Shown here: piece by piece, positions 31,094 to 40,503 of the stretch
Layout of the letters: each line of letters opens with the position of its first letter
Position numbering within the stretch: position 1 is the first letter of the stretch
DNA from: an uncultured Actinomycetes bacterium
GTDB lineage: Bacteria > Actinomycetota > Thermoleophilia > Gaiellales > Gaiellaceae
Assembly (NCBI GenBank): GCA_963755255.1
Contig: CAVWJN010000019.1
Location: forward strand, 83,728-147,727
Reading direction: 5' to 3'
Length of the DNA stretch: 64,000 nucleotides
Notes under the pieces: model-generated
The model's input: only the letters and a program-made list of their open reading frames with translations
Told to the model about the DNA's origin: nothing
Databases searched by the model: none
Translations under genes and position numbers: made by a program

Positions 31094-31915
31094 CTAGACG
31101 TGTCCGTTCTTGACCGATGCGAGGACGTCGTCTGACAGCTTCGGCCACGCCTCCATGGCCCAGGGATCGAACTCGCGATCGGTCAGGCAGCACAGGGCTA
31201 GGCCGACGCTCAGGGTCGACCCAGAGGAACGTCCCCGAGCCGCCGAAGTGGCCGAACGTCCTCGGCGACGTGCGCGAGCCCGACCAGTGCGGCTGCTTTC
31301 CGTCCTTCAGCTCGAAGCCGAGTCCCCAGTCGTTGGGATCGAAGCGCCCGATGTCGGGGATGACGCCGGCCAAGCCTGGGAACTGGACTGTCGTTGCCTC
31401 GGCCAGCGTCTCCGGGGCGATCAGACCTCGGCGCCGAGCAGCTCCGCGGCGAATCGCATGAGGTCGTCGAGCGAGCCATAGAGATCGGCGGCGGGAGAGC
31501 CGCGCAGGACGGCACCGAGCCCGAGCGGCTCGAGCACGGCCCCGGAGAGATAGCGCTCGAACGGCATCTCGGCGCGCTCGCCCACGATCTCCGCGGCGAG
31601 CTCGATAGCCGGGTTCGAGTACACGCGCTTCGCCGCCGGCCGGCCGATCGGCTGCCCAGCCTCGAACGGCAGCCCCGAGGCATGAGACAGCAGATGCCGC
31701 ATGGTCGAGCCGGGCGGTCCGGCCGGCTCGTCGAGATCGATCGTGCCCTCCTCGGCGGCGATGAGCGCCGCGTACGCGGTCAGGAGCTTCGTCACGGACG
31801 CCCAGCGGAACTCGCGCTCCCGTTCACCGTGTACGACAGGCTCGCCGTTCAGAGGAACCGCGCCAACGGCAACATGGTCGACCTGCCAATCGTCGACCTG
31901 ACGTAGTGCCTCCAC
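31094..31915 (-). CDS. Serine hydrolase of the beta-lactamase/transpeptidase-like family (frameshifted as given at ~31425 and ~31215)
   Basis: The SxxK motif (WASVTKLL) is in ORF 31421..31915. It continues in ORF 30840..31373 (GHFGGSGTFLWVDPE), with the tail in a third frame ending at TAG 31094-31096. Confidence 0.7.
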
Positions 31916-31932
31916 GCCGCGATACTAGGCGG

Positions 31933-32317
31933 ATGGAACGGCAGCGCATCACGTCCGGAGGCGCGTACGAGGCCGTCTTCGGCTACTGCCGGGCCGTCCG
32001 CGTCGGCGACAACGTCTACGTGGCCGGCACGGCGCCGCAGATGCCGGACGGCGCCGATCCGCCCGCGGACTCGTACGGCCAGGCACTGCGCTGCTTCGAG
32101 ATCATCGGCGCCGCCCTGACGGAAGCCGGTGCGAGCTTCGAGGACGTGGTGCGCACGAGGATGTACATCACGCCGGCAGGCCGACTTCGACGAGGTGGGC
32201 CGTGCCCACGGCGAGATCTTTCGCGACATCCGCCCAGTCAACACGACCGTGATCATCGCGGGGCTCGTCGATCCGCGATGGCACCTGGAGATCGACGTCG
32301 ATGCAGTCGTCGCCTGA
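31933..32317 (+). CDS. RidA/YjgF family protein (frameshifted as given, near 32170)
   Basis: MERQRITSGGAYEAVFGYCRAVRVGDNVYVAGT..RTRMYIT in ORF 31906.., then DFDEVGRAHGEIFRDIRPVNTTVIIAGLVDPRWHLEIDVDAVV in ORF 32129..32317. Confidence 0.75.
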
Positions 32318-33478
32318 GTACGAGTCGAGCGTCCTCGACCACCGCTTCGGCCGCGGCGACCCGTACACGATGGGCGTCGAGGAGGAGTACATGCTGCTCG
32401 ACTCCGAATCGCTCGACCTCGTGCAGCACATCGACACGGTGCTGGCCGCTGTCGAGGGCAGCGACCTCGAGCACGAGCTGCACCCGGAGCTCATGCAGTC
32501 GGTGCTCGAGATCGCGACACCCGTCTGCCGCGACATCGGAGAAGTCAGCGACCGAGCTGCACCGGCTGCGGGCGGCGGTCACGGACGTCGCGAGGCAGAC
32601 CGGGCTGCGCGTCGGCTCGGCGGGCACGCACCCCTTCAGCCTGTTCGAGAAGCAGCGCATCACCGCCCGCGACCGCTACCGCGCACTCGTCGACCAGCTC
32701 CAGTACGTCGCGCGGCGCGAGCTGATCTTCGGCATGCACATCCACGTCGCGATCGACGACCCGGAAAAGGCCGTCGGCGTGCTCAACGGCATGCTCGTCC
32801 ACCTCCCGCAGCTGCTGGCGCTCAGCGCATCGTCTCCGTTCTGGCGCGGCGAGGCGACGGGCCTCGCCTCCACGCGCCAGCTCGTCTTCGCCGCCTTCCC
32901 GCGCTCCGGCCCTCCCCCGCGCTTCCAGGACTACGCCGACTACGCACGCGTCGTCGGCCAGCTCGAGCGCTCGGGCTGCATCGCCGACTACACGCACATC
33001 TGGTGGGACATCCGGCCTCACCCACGGCTGGGCACGATCGAGGTGCGGATCTGCGACGCCGTCACCCGCGTGGAGGACGCGATCGCGATCGCCGCCTTCT
33101 GCCAGTCACTCGTGAAGCGCTACTGCGAGCTGTACGAGAGCGGCGAGGGCATTCCGTCGTACCACCGCATCCTCACGAGCGAGAACAAGTGGCTCGCGGC
33201 GCGACACGGGCTCGAGGCGCCGCTCATGGATCTCGCCACGGGCCGACGGAACCGCGTACCGGTGGGACAGCTGATTCGCCGAGCGGTACGAGACGTCGAG
33301 CCGCACGCCCGGGAGCTCGGGCTGCGACCGCGAGCTGGAGGGCATCCGGGAGATTCTCGGCCGCGGCTCCAGCGCCAAGCGGCAGCTCCGCATCTTCAAC
33401 GCGAACCGCGACATCGTCGAGGTCGTGCGGGAGATCGCGGACGCGACCGAAGTCGCGCCCGCGACCGTTCAGTCCTAG
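32301..33478 (+). CDS. ybdK: Carboxylate-amine ligase YbdK (glutamate--cysteine ligase family 2) (about 2 frameshifts as given)
   Basis: The N-terminus is in ORF 32301.. (YTMGVEEEYMLLD). The core is in ORF 31906..33666 (GSAGTHPFS.., ELIFGMHIHVAIDD, WWDIRPHPRLGTIEVRICD). The tail is in a third frame ending at TAG 33476-33478. Confidence 0.82.
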
Positions 33479-34299
33479 CTGCTCACCTGCCAGGTGGTCG
33501 TGTCGACGGCGGCGACCTCGCGGCGGCCGTGGCGCACGGCAGGGATCCGCCTGCGACGCGAGCTCGAGGCTCAGCGCCCATTGCCTTCCGTACCCGAGGT
33601 GCAGCGGCAGGTCGATGCAGAACGCCTCGCGCTTCACCGTGTCGAGCGCGTGCACGAACGGCGTAGTCGCCGCGGCGCGCGTAGAGCGTGTACGCCCAGC
33701 GGCCGCCGGTGCTCGACGCTCTCGCTACGGGCTGGCCGCCCATCTCCTCTTCGCCTTCGAGGCGGTCGACGATCGCGCCGCGGAGGCGCCGGCAGCGCGC
33801 GTCGTAGGTGCGAACGCGATAGAGCGGCTTGTCGCCGGCGCGCAGATGCTCGGTGAGGTACAAGGTCGAGGCGGTGGGCGAGACCGCGTCGAGCGACCAG
33901 GATCCGTCGAGCACGATCGCGCGGCGCGTGGCGAGCGTCTTCGTGTCGAGGACGACGAAGCGGGTCGTCCCGGAGCGGCCCGGCAAAGGTCCGTAGGCGC
34001 CGAGCACGAGCGACGTGCGGTCGCCCGAGAGACCGCCGGACGTGCCGTCGTAGGCGACGAGCGGCACGCCGTAGTCACCGCGAACGACCTTGCTCCTCAG
34101 GACCTTCGCCGTCACGGGCGCGAACGACCGCGACGATCGTCGACTTCGGCATGCCGAACGCGACGTAGCGAAGGCCGTCGCCGGCGCCGACGCCGTTCCA
34201 TCCGTACACCAGGCCGGGGGAGTACGGAGATCCGTCGGCGCTGGCGCCGGCGGCGGCGATTCCGGCGGCCAGGCAGACGATGGCGAGCACGGATTTCAT
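33476..34299 (-). CDS. Secreted protein of unknown function, beta-rich (about 3 frameshifts as given)
   Basis: Signal peptide MKSVLAIVCLAAGIAAAGASA (ORF 34075..34299). The body is in ORF 33483..34115 (YGVPLVAYDGTSGGLSGDRTSLVL..). The tail is spread over ORF 33224..33655 and a third frame (..VAAVDTTTWQVSS). Confidence 0.5.
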
Positions 34300-34429
34300 G
34301 AGCAGCTCCTCTTGTCATCTACGAGTACGCCCGACGCTGGGCGAGAGGTCCGGCGGACCTCACGGGGCGCGCAGCTCGTATGTCGGGCATGGACCTCGCG
34401 GCCAGGTTCCGTCGTACTCTGGGCACGCG

Positions 34430-34940
34430 ATGCCTGCGGGTCGTGACGAGCGCGCCTGGATCCGAGGCGCACAGGCCGGATCGGCCCCGGACCTCGAGGC
34501 CCTCTTTCGCTCGCACTGGCCGTCCGCATGGCGCGCGGCCTATCCTCGTCGTCCATGACACCGCCGCCGCGGAGGACATCGCCCAGGAGGCCTTCCTCGC
34601 CGCGATTCGCAACCTCGATCGCTTCGACCGCCGTCGACCGTTCGGGCCGTGGCTGCACCGGATCGTCGTCAACCGCGCGATCGACTGGGCCCGTGCGCGC
34701 ACCCTGCGCGCCGAGCTCGAGCTCGGCGATGCTCCTGCTACCGAGGCGTCACCCGACGTCGGCTCTGACGTCGTCGACGCACTGCGTCATCTGTCACCGG
34801 AGCATCGCGCCGTGATCGTCCTTCGCCACCTGCTCGGGTACACGCCGGGCGAGATTGCCCGCCTGCTCGACCTGCCTCGCGGCACGGTCAACTCGCGGCT
34901 GCGCCGCGGCCTCGACCAGCTCCAGGAGACGCTGCCGTGA
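34430..34940 (+). CDS. ECF (group 4) RNA polymerase sigma factor (frameshifted as given, near 34540)
   Basis: Region 2 (DIAQEAFLAAIRNLDRFD..FGPWLHRIVVNRAID) and region 4 (LGYTPGEIARLLDLPRGTVNSRLRRG) are present. The N-terminal ~35 aa are in ORF 34280..34558. Confidence 0.85.
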
Positions 34941-35893
34941 AGCTCGACGCGATTCCGCCGCCGGAGGGCGCCGAGGAGCGCGCATGGCAGATCGTGCGCG
35001 CGGCGTTCGACGAACGCGCGCCGTCACCGCCCGAGCGCAAGGTGTGGCGTCCCGTCGTCGTGCTCGCGGCGGTGGCGGTCGTCGCAGCAGCAGTCGCGAG
35101 CCCGCCCGGCCAGGCCGTGCTCGACTCCATCCGTGAGGCGGTGGGCGTCGACCGCGCGCAGCCGGCGCTCTTCTCGCTGCCCGCATCCGGGCCGGCTGCT
35201 CGTGGAGTCGGCGGACGGCGTCTGGGTCGTCCAGGCCGACGGCTCGAAGCGGCGGCTGGGCGACTGGCGGGAGGCATCGTGGTCTCCGTTCGGACGCTAC
35301 TGTCGTGGTGGCGCGGGCGAACGAGCTGGCGGCGGTCGAACCGGACGGCGACGTTCGCTGGTCGCTCGCGCGTCCGAACGTTCGCTTCCCACGCTGGGCC
35401 GGCGGCATCGGATCGACACGCGGATCGCGTATCTCAGCGGCAGCTCTCTGCGGGTCGTCGCCGGGGACGGGACGGGGGATCGCCTGCTGCGGCGGAACGT
35501 GGCAGCCGTGGCGCCGGCATGGCTACCCGGGCGAAGGCTTCCGGCTCGCGTACACCGACCGGGCGGGTCGCACGGTCGTCGTCGACGCGGATACTGGCCG
35601 CATCCTGCCGGGCGAGCGCGGCGTCCGGCTCCCGCGGCGACGATCCGGACGGCGGGGCGCCGCCGAGCGAAGTCGTGACCGGCGGCCGAGTCGTCTTTCG
35701 CGGGACGGGCGAGTTCCGCGACGTGGCCCGATCACCGGACGGGCGCTGGCTGCTCGTCACGTGGCCGACGGCCGACCAGTGGGTGTTCGTGCGCACGGCG
35801 GGAGCAGCGGAAGGATCGAGGCGGTGTCGGGCATCACGCGCCAGTTCGGAGGCGGCTGCGTTCCCGCGTATCGCCGGCTGGTGCTGCGCGTAG
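34937..35893 (+). CDS. Anti-sigma factor candidate: single TM plus extracytoplasmic TolB-like beta-propeller repeats (at least 4 frameshifts as given)
   Basis: The GTG start overlaps the sigma stop (GTGA). It has a cytoplasmic N-terminus and a TM segment (VVVLAAVAVVAAAVA). Repeats such as GRLLVESADGVWVVQADGS, RIAYLSGSSLRVVAGDG and RSPDGRWLLVTW lie in three frames. Confidence 0.55.
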   Translation: MKLDAIPPPEGAEERAWQIVRAAFDERAPSPPERKVWRPVVVLAAVAVVAAAVASPPGQAVLDSIREAVGVDRAQPALFSLPASGPAARGVGGRRLGRPGRRLEAAAGRLAGGIVVSVRTLLSWWRGRTSWRRSNRTATFAGRSRVRTFASHAGPAASDRHADRVSQRQLSAGRRRGRDGGSPAAAERGSRGAGMATRAKASGSRTPTGRVARSSSTRILAASCRASAASGSRGDDPDGGAPPSEVVTGGRVVFRGTGEFRDVARSPDGRWLLVTWPTADQWVFVRTAGAAEGSRRCRASRASSEAAAFPRIAGWCCA

Positions 35894-35904
35894 TCTCTCC
35901 GGGC

Positions 35905-36652
35905 GTGAAGCTCGCAGTCGGAGCAGCAGCGCTCGCGGTCGGCGCCGCGGGGATCACGCGTCACGACGCTGCCGAAGCCGCCGTTCCCGGGCCCGGTCGT
36001 CTCGGCGCCCGACGCGAAGCGGCTCGTCGTCGTCTCGTCGCGGAGGATCTCTCCCGGGCTGGGCACGGGATCGCCCTCGTGCCCCTTCACGGGCATCCCC
36101 GCGTCGCTGCGTGGCCTGCCGCTGCAGCGGACGATTTGCCCGGGTGGACCGAAGTTCTCGTTCTACGGCAAGGACGGCGCCTCCTCGCGCATCCTCCTCA
36201 GCTCCACGGGCTACGCCCTCGACTTCAAGAAGTACGTCTGGCCGCCGCGCAACCTGCCGGGCGAGAAGGAGTTCGTCTACGAGGAGCTCGTCTGGGCGCG
36301 CGAGGCGAACGGCGTGCTCTACGTGCAGAACGCGCACCTCACGTACGCCAGGTCGTCGTACGGGCAGAACGCGTACATCACCGCCATCGATGCGGAGACG
36401 AAGCGCAGGCTCTGGCGGAGCCGCGGCCTCGTCGCCAACGCGCAGACGTTCGCCGTCACGCCCGACTACCTCCTCACGGGCTACGGCTTCACGGCGGAGG
36501 ACGACTGGCTCTACCTCCTCGACCGGCGCACGGGCCGCGTCGTCGAGCGATTGAGCCTCCCCAGCGGGCCCGAGAAGATCACGCGCAGCGGAAAGAACTT
36601 CGTCGTGCGCACGTACGACCACGTGCTCGTCGTCCGCCTGCGAGCATCCTGA
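35905..36652 (+). CDS. Secreted PQQ/BamB-like beta-propeller-repeat protein (frameshifted as given, near 35990)
   Basis: GTG 35905 with a signal-like N-terminus (VKLAVGAAALAVGAAG). The body, read by hand in the frame of ORF 36314..36652, is ..FSFYGKDGASSRILLSSTGYALDFKKYVWPPRNLPGEKEFVYEELVWAREANGVLYVQNAH..ITAIDAETKRRLW... Confidence 0.5.
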
Positions 36653-36653
36653 G

Positions 36654-37115
36654 ATGCTCGCGGTCGGCGACACGGCTCCACTCGGGGCAACCGTCTGGCG
36701 CCCTCCCGCCGAGGCCGTCACGATCGGCGAACTGCTCGCCGACGGGCCGATCCTGCTGCTCTTCTACCTCTTCGACTGGACGGGCACGTGAACGGCCGAG
36801 ATGGAGCTCCTGCGTGACAGGAGGGAGGAGTTCGAGGCGGCGGGCGTGAAGCCGTACGGGATCTCGCGTGACTCACCGTTCACACACAACGCCTGGAGCC
36901 AGGCCCTTGACCTCGAGGGCGTGGAGCTCCTGTCCGACTGGAACGCCGAGGCGGTGCGCGGCTTCGGCATCGCACACGAGCGGCGCGGCATGCAGGAGGT
37001 GGCAGAGCGATCGGCGTTCCTGATCGGAGCCAATGGGACGATTCGGGAGGCCTGGCGCTACGAGCCGGCGGAGCTTCCCGACTTCGACGCGTTGTTACAA
37101 GCAGCGCGTTCCTAG
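36654..37115 (+). CDS. Bcp/PrxQ-type peroxiredoxin (AhpC/TSA family) with in-frame TGA (36789-36791) at the peroxidatic Cys position; candidate selenoprotein
   Basis: ATG 36654, 45 sense codons, TGA, then the same frame continues into ORF 36801..37115. The joined 153-aa product reads ..ILLLFYLFDWTGT[TGA]TAEMELLRDRREEFEAAGVKPYGISRDSPF..SAFLIGANGTI.., the family layout with TGA in the TxxC position. Confidence 0.6.
36807..36823 (+). other. Candidate bacterial SECIS-like hairpin downstream of the peroxiredoxin TGA
   Basis: CTCCTG-CGTGA-CAGGAG starts 15 nt after the TGA. The loop contains GU. An alternative 7-bp pairing is GAGCTCC (36804-36810) with GGAGTTC (36827-36833). Confidence 0.35.
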
Positions 37116-39050
37116 CCACCCTCGTCTGCACTGCAGCGGCGCTGCTGGCGGCGACGCCCGCGCTGCGCCATGCGCACTCGGACTTCCTCGCCGGTGGCCA
37201 GCCGGGTCACGGGGAGGCGGCGGCCGGAGATCACCTGCAGCTGACCTACCGGCTGTGGCTGCCAGGGCACCAGCTCGAGAACGGGAACTATCCCTGGCGC
37301 GATCCCGTACTCGTTTCGCCCCATCGCCGAGCCGCAGCTCAACCCGTCGGCCTGGCCCTTCGGCCTCCCCTTCTGGCCGCTCTGGAGGGCGCTCGGCGTC
37401 GTCGTCGGCTGGAACGTCTTCGTGCTGCTCGGGCTGATCGCTGCCGGGCTGCTGACGTACGCGCTGGCTGAGAGAGCTCGAGCTCGGCGTGGGAGCGGCG
37501 CTCGTCGGCGGGCTCGCGTTCGAGGTCGCGCCGTACCGGCTGGAGCAGACGGCGGCCGGCCATCTGCTGGCGCCGATCTCCGCGTTGCTGCCGCTATCGC
37601 TGTGGACGTTCGAGCGCGCGCGCCGCGGCTCTCGCTGGTGGCTCGTGCCGTCCGCGTTGGCGATCGCCTCCATCCCCGCGTCGGGCCAGGTGCATCTGGC
37701 ACTCGGCGCCGTGCCGTTCTATCTCGCGTATGTCCTCGTCCGCTCGCGAGCCACCTGGCCGGTGATCGGCGCGATCGTCGGCGTGGCGCTCGCTGCCGCG
37801 GCCGGCGTGCTCGTCTGGCTGGCGACGATCGACGGCTCGATCGGCGAGGGCGGCCGCTCGCTGCGCCAGGTCGAGCGCTTCTCCGCCGACTGGCTCGACT
37901 TCGTCGTCCGTCACGACCGCCACGGCTCGGAGACCTTCGTCTTCCTCGGCTGGCTGACCCCGCTGGTCGCCATCGCGGGGCTCGTCCTGCTCATACGCCG
38001 TCGCTCGTACGGGCTGGCGGGCCTGTTCGGCGTCGCGACGCTCGTGCCGCTCGTGCTGGCGCTCGGCACGACGACGCCCATCTACGAAGCCGTGCGCTTC
38101 GTCATCTGGCCGCTTCGCTTCCCCCGAGTCCCGGAGCGGCTGCTGCCGATCGCCTGTCTTGCCATCGCGGCACTCGTCGCCTACGCAGTGGACGCGTTCG
38201 TGAAGGCGGATCTGTCGCGGCGCGTGCCCCGGCCGCGCAGTGGTCGTCGCCTGCGTCGCCGTCGTCCTCTTGCTCGCCGACCTGCGCGTGACCACGTTCG
38301 AAGCGACGGCTGCCGACGAGAGCAACGCCGCCTACGCGGCGCTGCGCGACGGCCCGCCGGGTCGCGTGCTCGAGGTGCCGGTGTTTCGCCCGGGCATCCA
38401 CTACGGCGGCGTCTACCTCTACTACTCGACGCAGGCGCCGCGGGAGCGGCCGCAGGGCTACTCGACGCTCGCGCCGGTGGAGGCCGACGAGGTGGCGAAG
38501 CAGTTGGCTCAGATCAACTGCGGAGACTGGACGCGACAGCCGGGCGCGTTGCTCACGCAGCTCGGCGTCACGAGCGTCGTCTTCCACGGCGGGCTGTTCC
38601 GGGACAACCCGGCGGCGCCCGACACGGCCTCCTTCGCGTGGGATGCCCTGGTCGGCCACGGCTACCGGCCGCAGGCGGAGGACGGGCCGGTCACGTTGCT
38701 CACACGCCGCGGCGGCGGGCCGCCGCCTCCGCTCCCCGGTGGCCGAGCCGCCGCGCGACGTCGCGCAGTTCTGTGACGGCTGGCGACCGAACGACGGCGA
38801 GGGACGCGTCACGTCGGCGCCCCATGCCTCGCTATGGGCATACAACGCAGGCGGCGTCGACCTGCGGCTCTTCCTGCGGCGGGACGGCGAGCCCGGGGAG
38901 GTGCGTATCTCCGTGGACGGCCGCCGCGGGCAGACGACCAATGTTTCGACCCTGCAGGAGACACGCGTGCCGCTCGGCGACGAAGGCTGGCACCTGGTCA
39001 CGCTCGACGGCACGCCGGGCGTGCGCGTCGTCGCCTACGCCTTGAACTGA
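37112..39050 (+). CDS. Large polytopic membrane protein with C-terminal extracytoplasmic domain (YfhO/GT-C-like guess) (at least 5 frameshifts as given; start not located)
   Basis: The hand-read N-terminus is ..GDHLQLTYRLWLPGHQLENGNYPWRDPYSFRP... The TM core is in ORF 37489..39045. The soluble C-terminal part is in ORFs 38240..38776 and 38643..39050. The family assignment is tentative. Confidence 0.45.
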
Positions 39051-39076
39051 TACGGGCGGGCGGGAACGCCCGCCCG
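39051..39076. terminator. Bidirectional hairpin terminator (11-bp perfect GC stem, GGAA loop)
   Basis: ACGGGCGGGCG-GGAA-CGCCCGCCCGT starts 1 nt after the plus-strand stop (39050) and lies 22 nt downstream of the minus-strand micro-ORF stop. Confidence 0.7.
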
Positions 39077-39097
39077 TAAATCCGTGGTGCTCCTCGC

Positions 39098-39163
39098 CTT
39101 AGAGCAGCCAGATCAACAGAACGACGACGAGGATGAGAGCGAGTGTTCCAGCACCTATGTACA
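39098..39163 (-). CDS. Candidate 21-aa hydrophobic micro-protein (VYIGAGTLALILVVVLLIWLL)
   Basis: GTG 39163 is preceded by AAAGGAGATCACTG (an SD-like sequence 7-8 nt upstream). The product is a single TM-length hydrophobic stretch. TAA, then the strong hairpin at 39051-39076. It is below the ORF-track length cut-off. Confidence 0.4.
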
Positions 39164-39224
39164 CCAGTGATCTCCTTTCGCCTTGTCCGGGACCACCTAC
39201 CCGGCTGAGCCACCCGGAAAACGA

Positions 39225-39518
39225 CTAGGCCACGTGTGAGCGGATGAGCCGCTCGATCTGGCGTCCGGTGGCGCGCCCGTCGTGGCGTGCGACCACCTGA
39301 GAGTCCTCGTCGAGCAGCACGAGCGCCGGCACGGTCTCGACGTCGAGCGCATTCATCAGCGGCTCGTTGGCGTCGGCGTCCACCTCGACCACGCGTAGCC
39401 GATTCTTCTCCGTCACGTGCACCCAGGCGATGAGGCTCGCCATGCGCCGCGCGGGGCCAGACCGCTTGCTGGAGAAGAAGACCAGCGTGGGCCGCTCATC
39501 GGCGTACCCCCCGTCCAT
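39225..39518 (-). CDS. Thioredoxin-fold protein lacking the CxxC motif (SGPA in place of CGPC)
   Basis: Intact 97-aa ORF. PTLVFFSSKRSGPARRM aligns with the Trx xxFWAxWCGPCK segment. The cis-Pro loop region is ETVPALVLL. Confidence 0.65.
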   Translation of the reverse strand: MDGGYADERPTLVFFSSKRSGPARRMASLIAWVHVTEKNRLRVVEVDADANEPLMNALDVETVPALVLLDEDSQVVARHDGRATGRQIERLIRSHVA

Positions 39519-39528
39519 GAGCTCTCTT

Positions 39529-39555
39529 GTACCCGGCCGGGGCTGGGCCTAAAAC
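39529..39555 (-). promoter_or_regulatory. SigB/F-like promoter candidate GTTTTA-N15-GGGTAC, 10 nt upstream of the Trx-fold gene ATG
   Basis: Read on the minus strand: GTTTTA ggcccagccccggcc GGGTAC aagagagctc ATG. This would give a leaderless or very short leader transcript. Confidence 0.35.
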
Positions 39556-39721
39556 CGCGCGATCGGGACGAGCCGGCCGCCGAATCGCGGAGGGCGACGT
39601 TCGGCGGCCGGATCCCGTCCCATCGTCAGGCAACGACCTCCCGCGCCTGAGTCGAAGCGGGTTCTAGCCCTGCTCGCCCCATCCGAAACACACGGTGTGG
39701 GAATCTCCCGGCGGCCCCGGC

Positions 39722-40088
39722 ATGACTTCCGCGATGATTGCGGTGCCCGCCGACGCCGCGCATCGAGCCGTTCGCGGGCGGGGCCGTCATTGCGCTCTCG
39801 GGCGAGCTCGACGCATTCGACGCGCCCGGCCTGCGCGAGGCGTTTCAGACAGGTCTGGAGGGCGACGCCGGCAGTCATCGTCCTCGACCTCTCGGCCGTT
39901 GACCTTCCTCGACTCGACGGTGCTCGGCGCCATCGTCGGCCTGCTCCGGCGAGTGCGCGAAGGAGGCGGCGAGTTGCGCACGGTGCTGCCCGACAACGAC
40001 GGCGCTGCGGATCTTCGAGATCACCGGGCTCGTCGCTGCACTCGACGTCTGGCCGAGCCGTGAGGCCGCCGTCGCCGGAGCCGCCTAG
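39722..40088 (+). CDS. STAS-domain anti-sigma-factor antagonist (about 3 frameshifts as given)
   Basis: Hand-read: MTSAMIAVPADAA / IEPFAGGAVIALSGELDAFDAPGLREAFQ / AVIVLDLSAV.FLDSTVLGAIVGLLRRVREGGGELRTVLP / IFEITGLVAALDVWPSREAAVAGAA, then TAG 40086-40088. Confidence 0.7.
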
Positions 40089-40503
40089 GCGACCAGGCTG
40101 CTTGCGCATGCGGACGATCGTGCCGCGCGCCGCGGGATCCTCGTCGATCGCCACCTCGTCCATCACGGCCCTGACGATGGCGAGGCCCATCCCGCTCTCG
40201 ACCGGCCCGTCGCAGAACGCGAGTCGTCGTCGACGTCCGGGAAAGCGGCGCCGGGCCGCCCTCGTCCTCGACGGACACCTCGATCGCCTCCGGCTCTACC
40301 TCGAACACGACCCGAACGACGCCCGGATCTTCCTGGTAGGCGTGCTGGACGGCGTTGCCGCAGACCTCCGTGACGGCGAGCTTGAGGTCGGCGAGCGCGA
40401 TCTCGCTCATCGGCACCTCCATCGCGATGCCGGCGAGCACGAGCCTGGCGAGGACGAGGTACTCGGCCTTGGCCGGGATCGTCAGTCGGACGGTGTCGCT
40501 CAC
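40085..40503 (-). CDS. RsbW/SpoIIAB-type anti-sigma factor serine kinase (HATPase_c) (frameshifted as given; 3' end approximate)
   Basis: The GTG 40503 start overlaps the sigma stop (GTGA). It has the N-box region LAVTEVCGNAVQHAY and the G-box region SGMGLAIVRAVMDEV (ORF 39549..40190). The ORF continuation antisense to the STAS gene is disregarded. Confidence 0.72.

Noticed and set aside
36654-36791. Reading the segment before the TGA as an independent 45-aa small ORF, with 36801..37115 as a separate truncated gene.
   Set aside because: The two parts are in the same frame. Only together do they reconstitute a full-length peroxiredoxin fold, and the break falls exactly on the catalytic residue. 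It is kept as a recoding-versus-error question, not as two genes.
39640-39721. A GGGAAT element about 20 nt upstream of the STAS gene at 39722, as a further SigB/F-type promoter.
   Set aside because: No GTTT-like -35 element occurs at 12-16 nt spacing. A hexamer match alone is not convincing.
39549-40084. A 180-aa C-terminal extension of the RsbW kinase frame (ORF 39549..40190).
   Set aside because: It runs antisense through the STAS gene and the promoter region and is Arg-rich with no motifs. RsbW-type kinases are about 140 aa, so the stop was probably lost through an indel near 40090.
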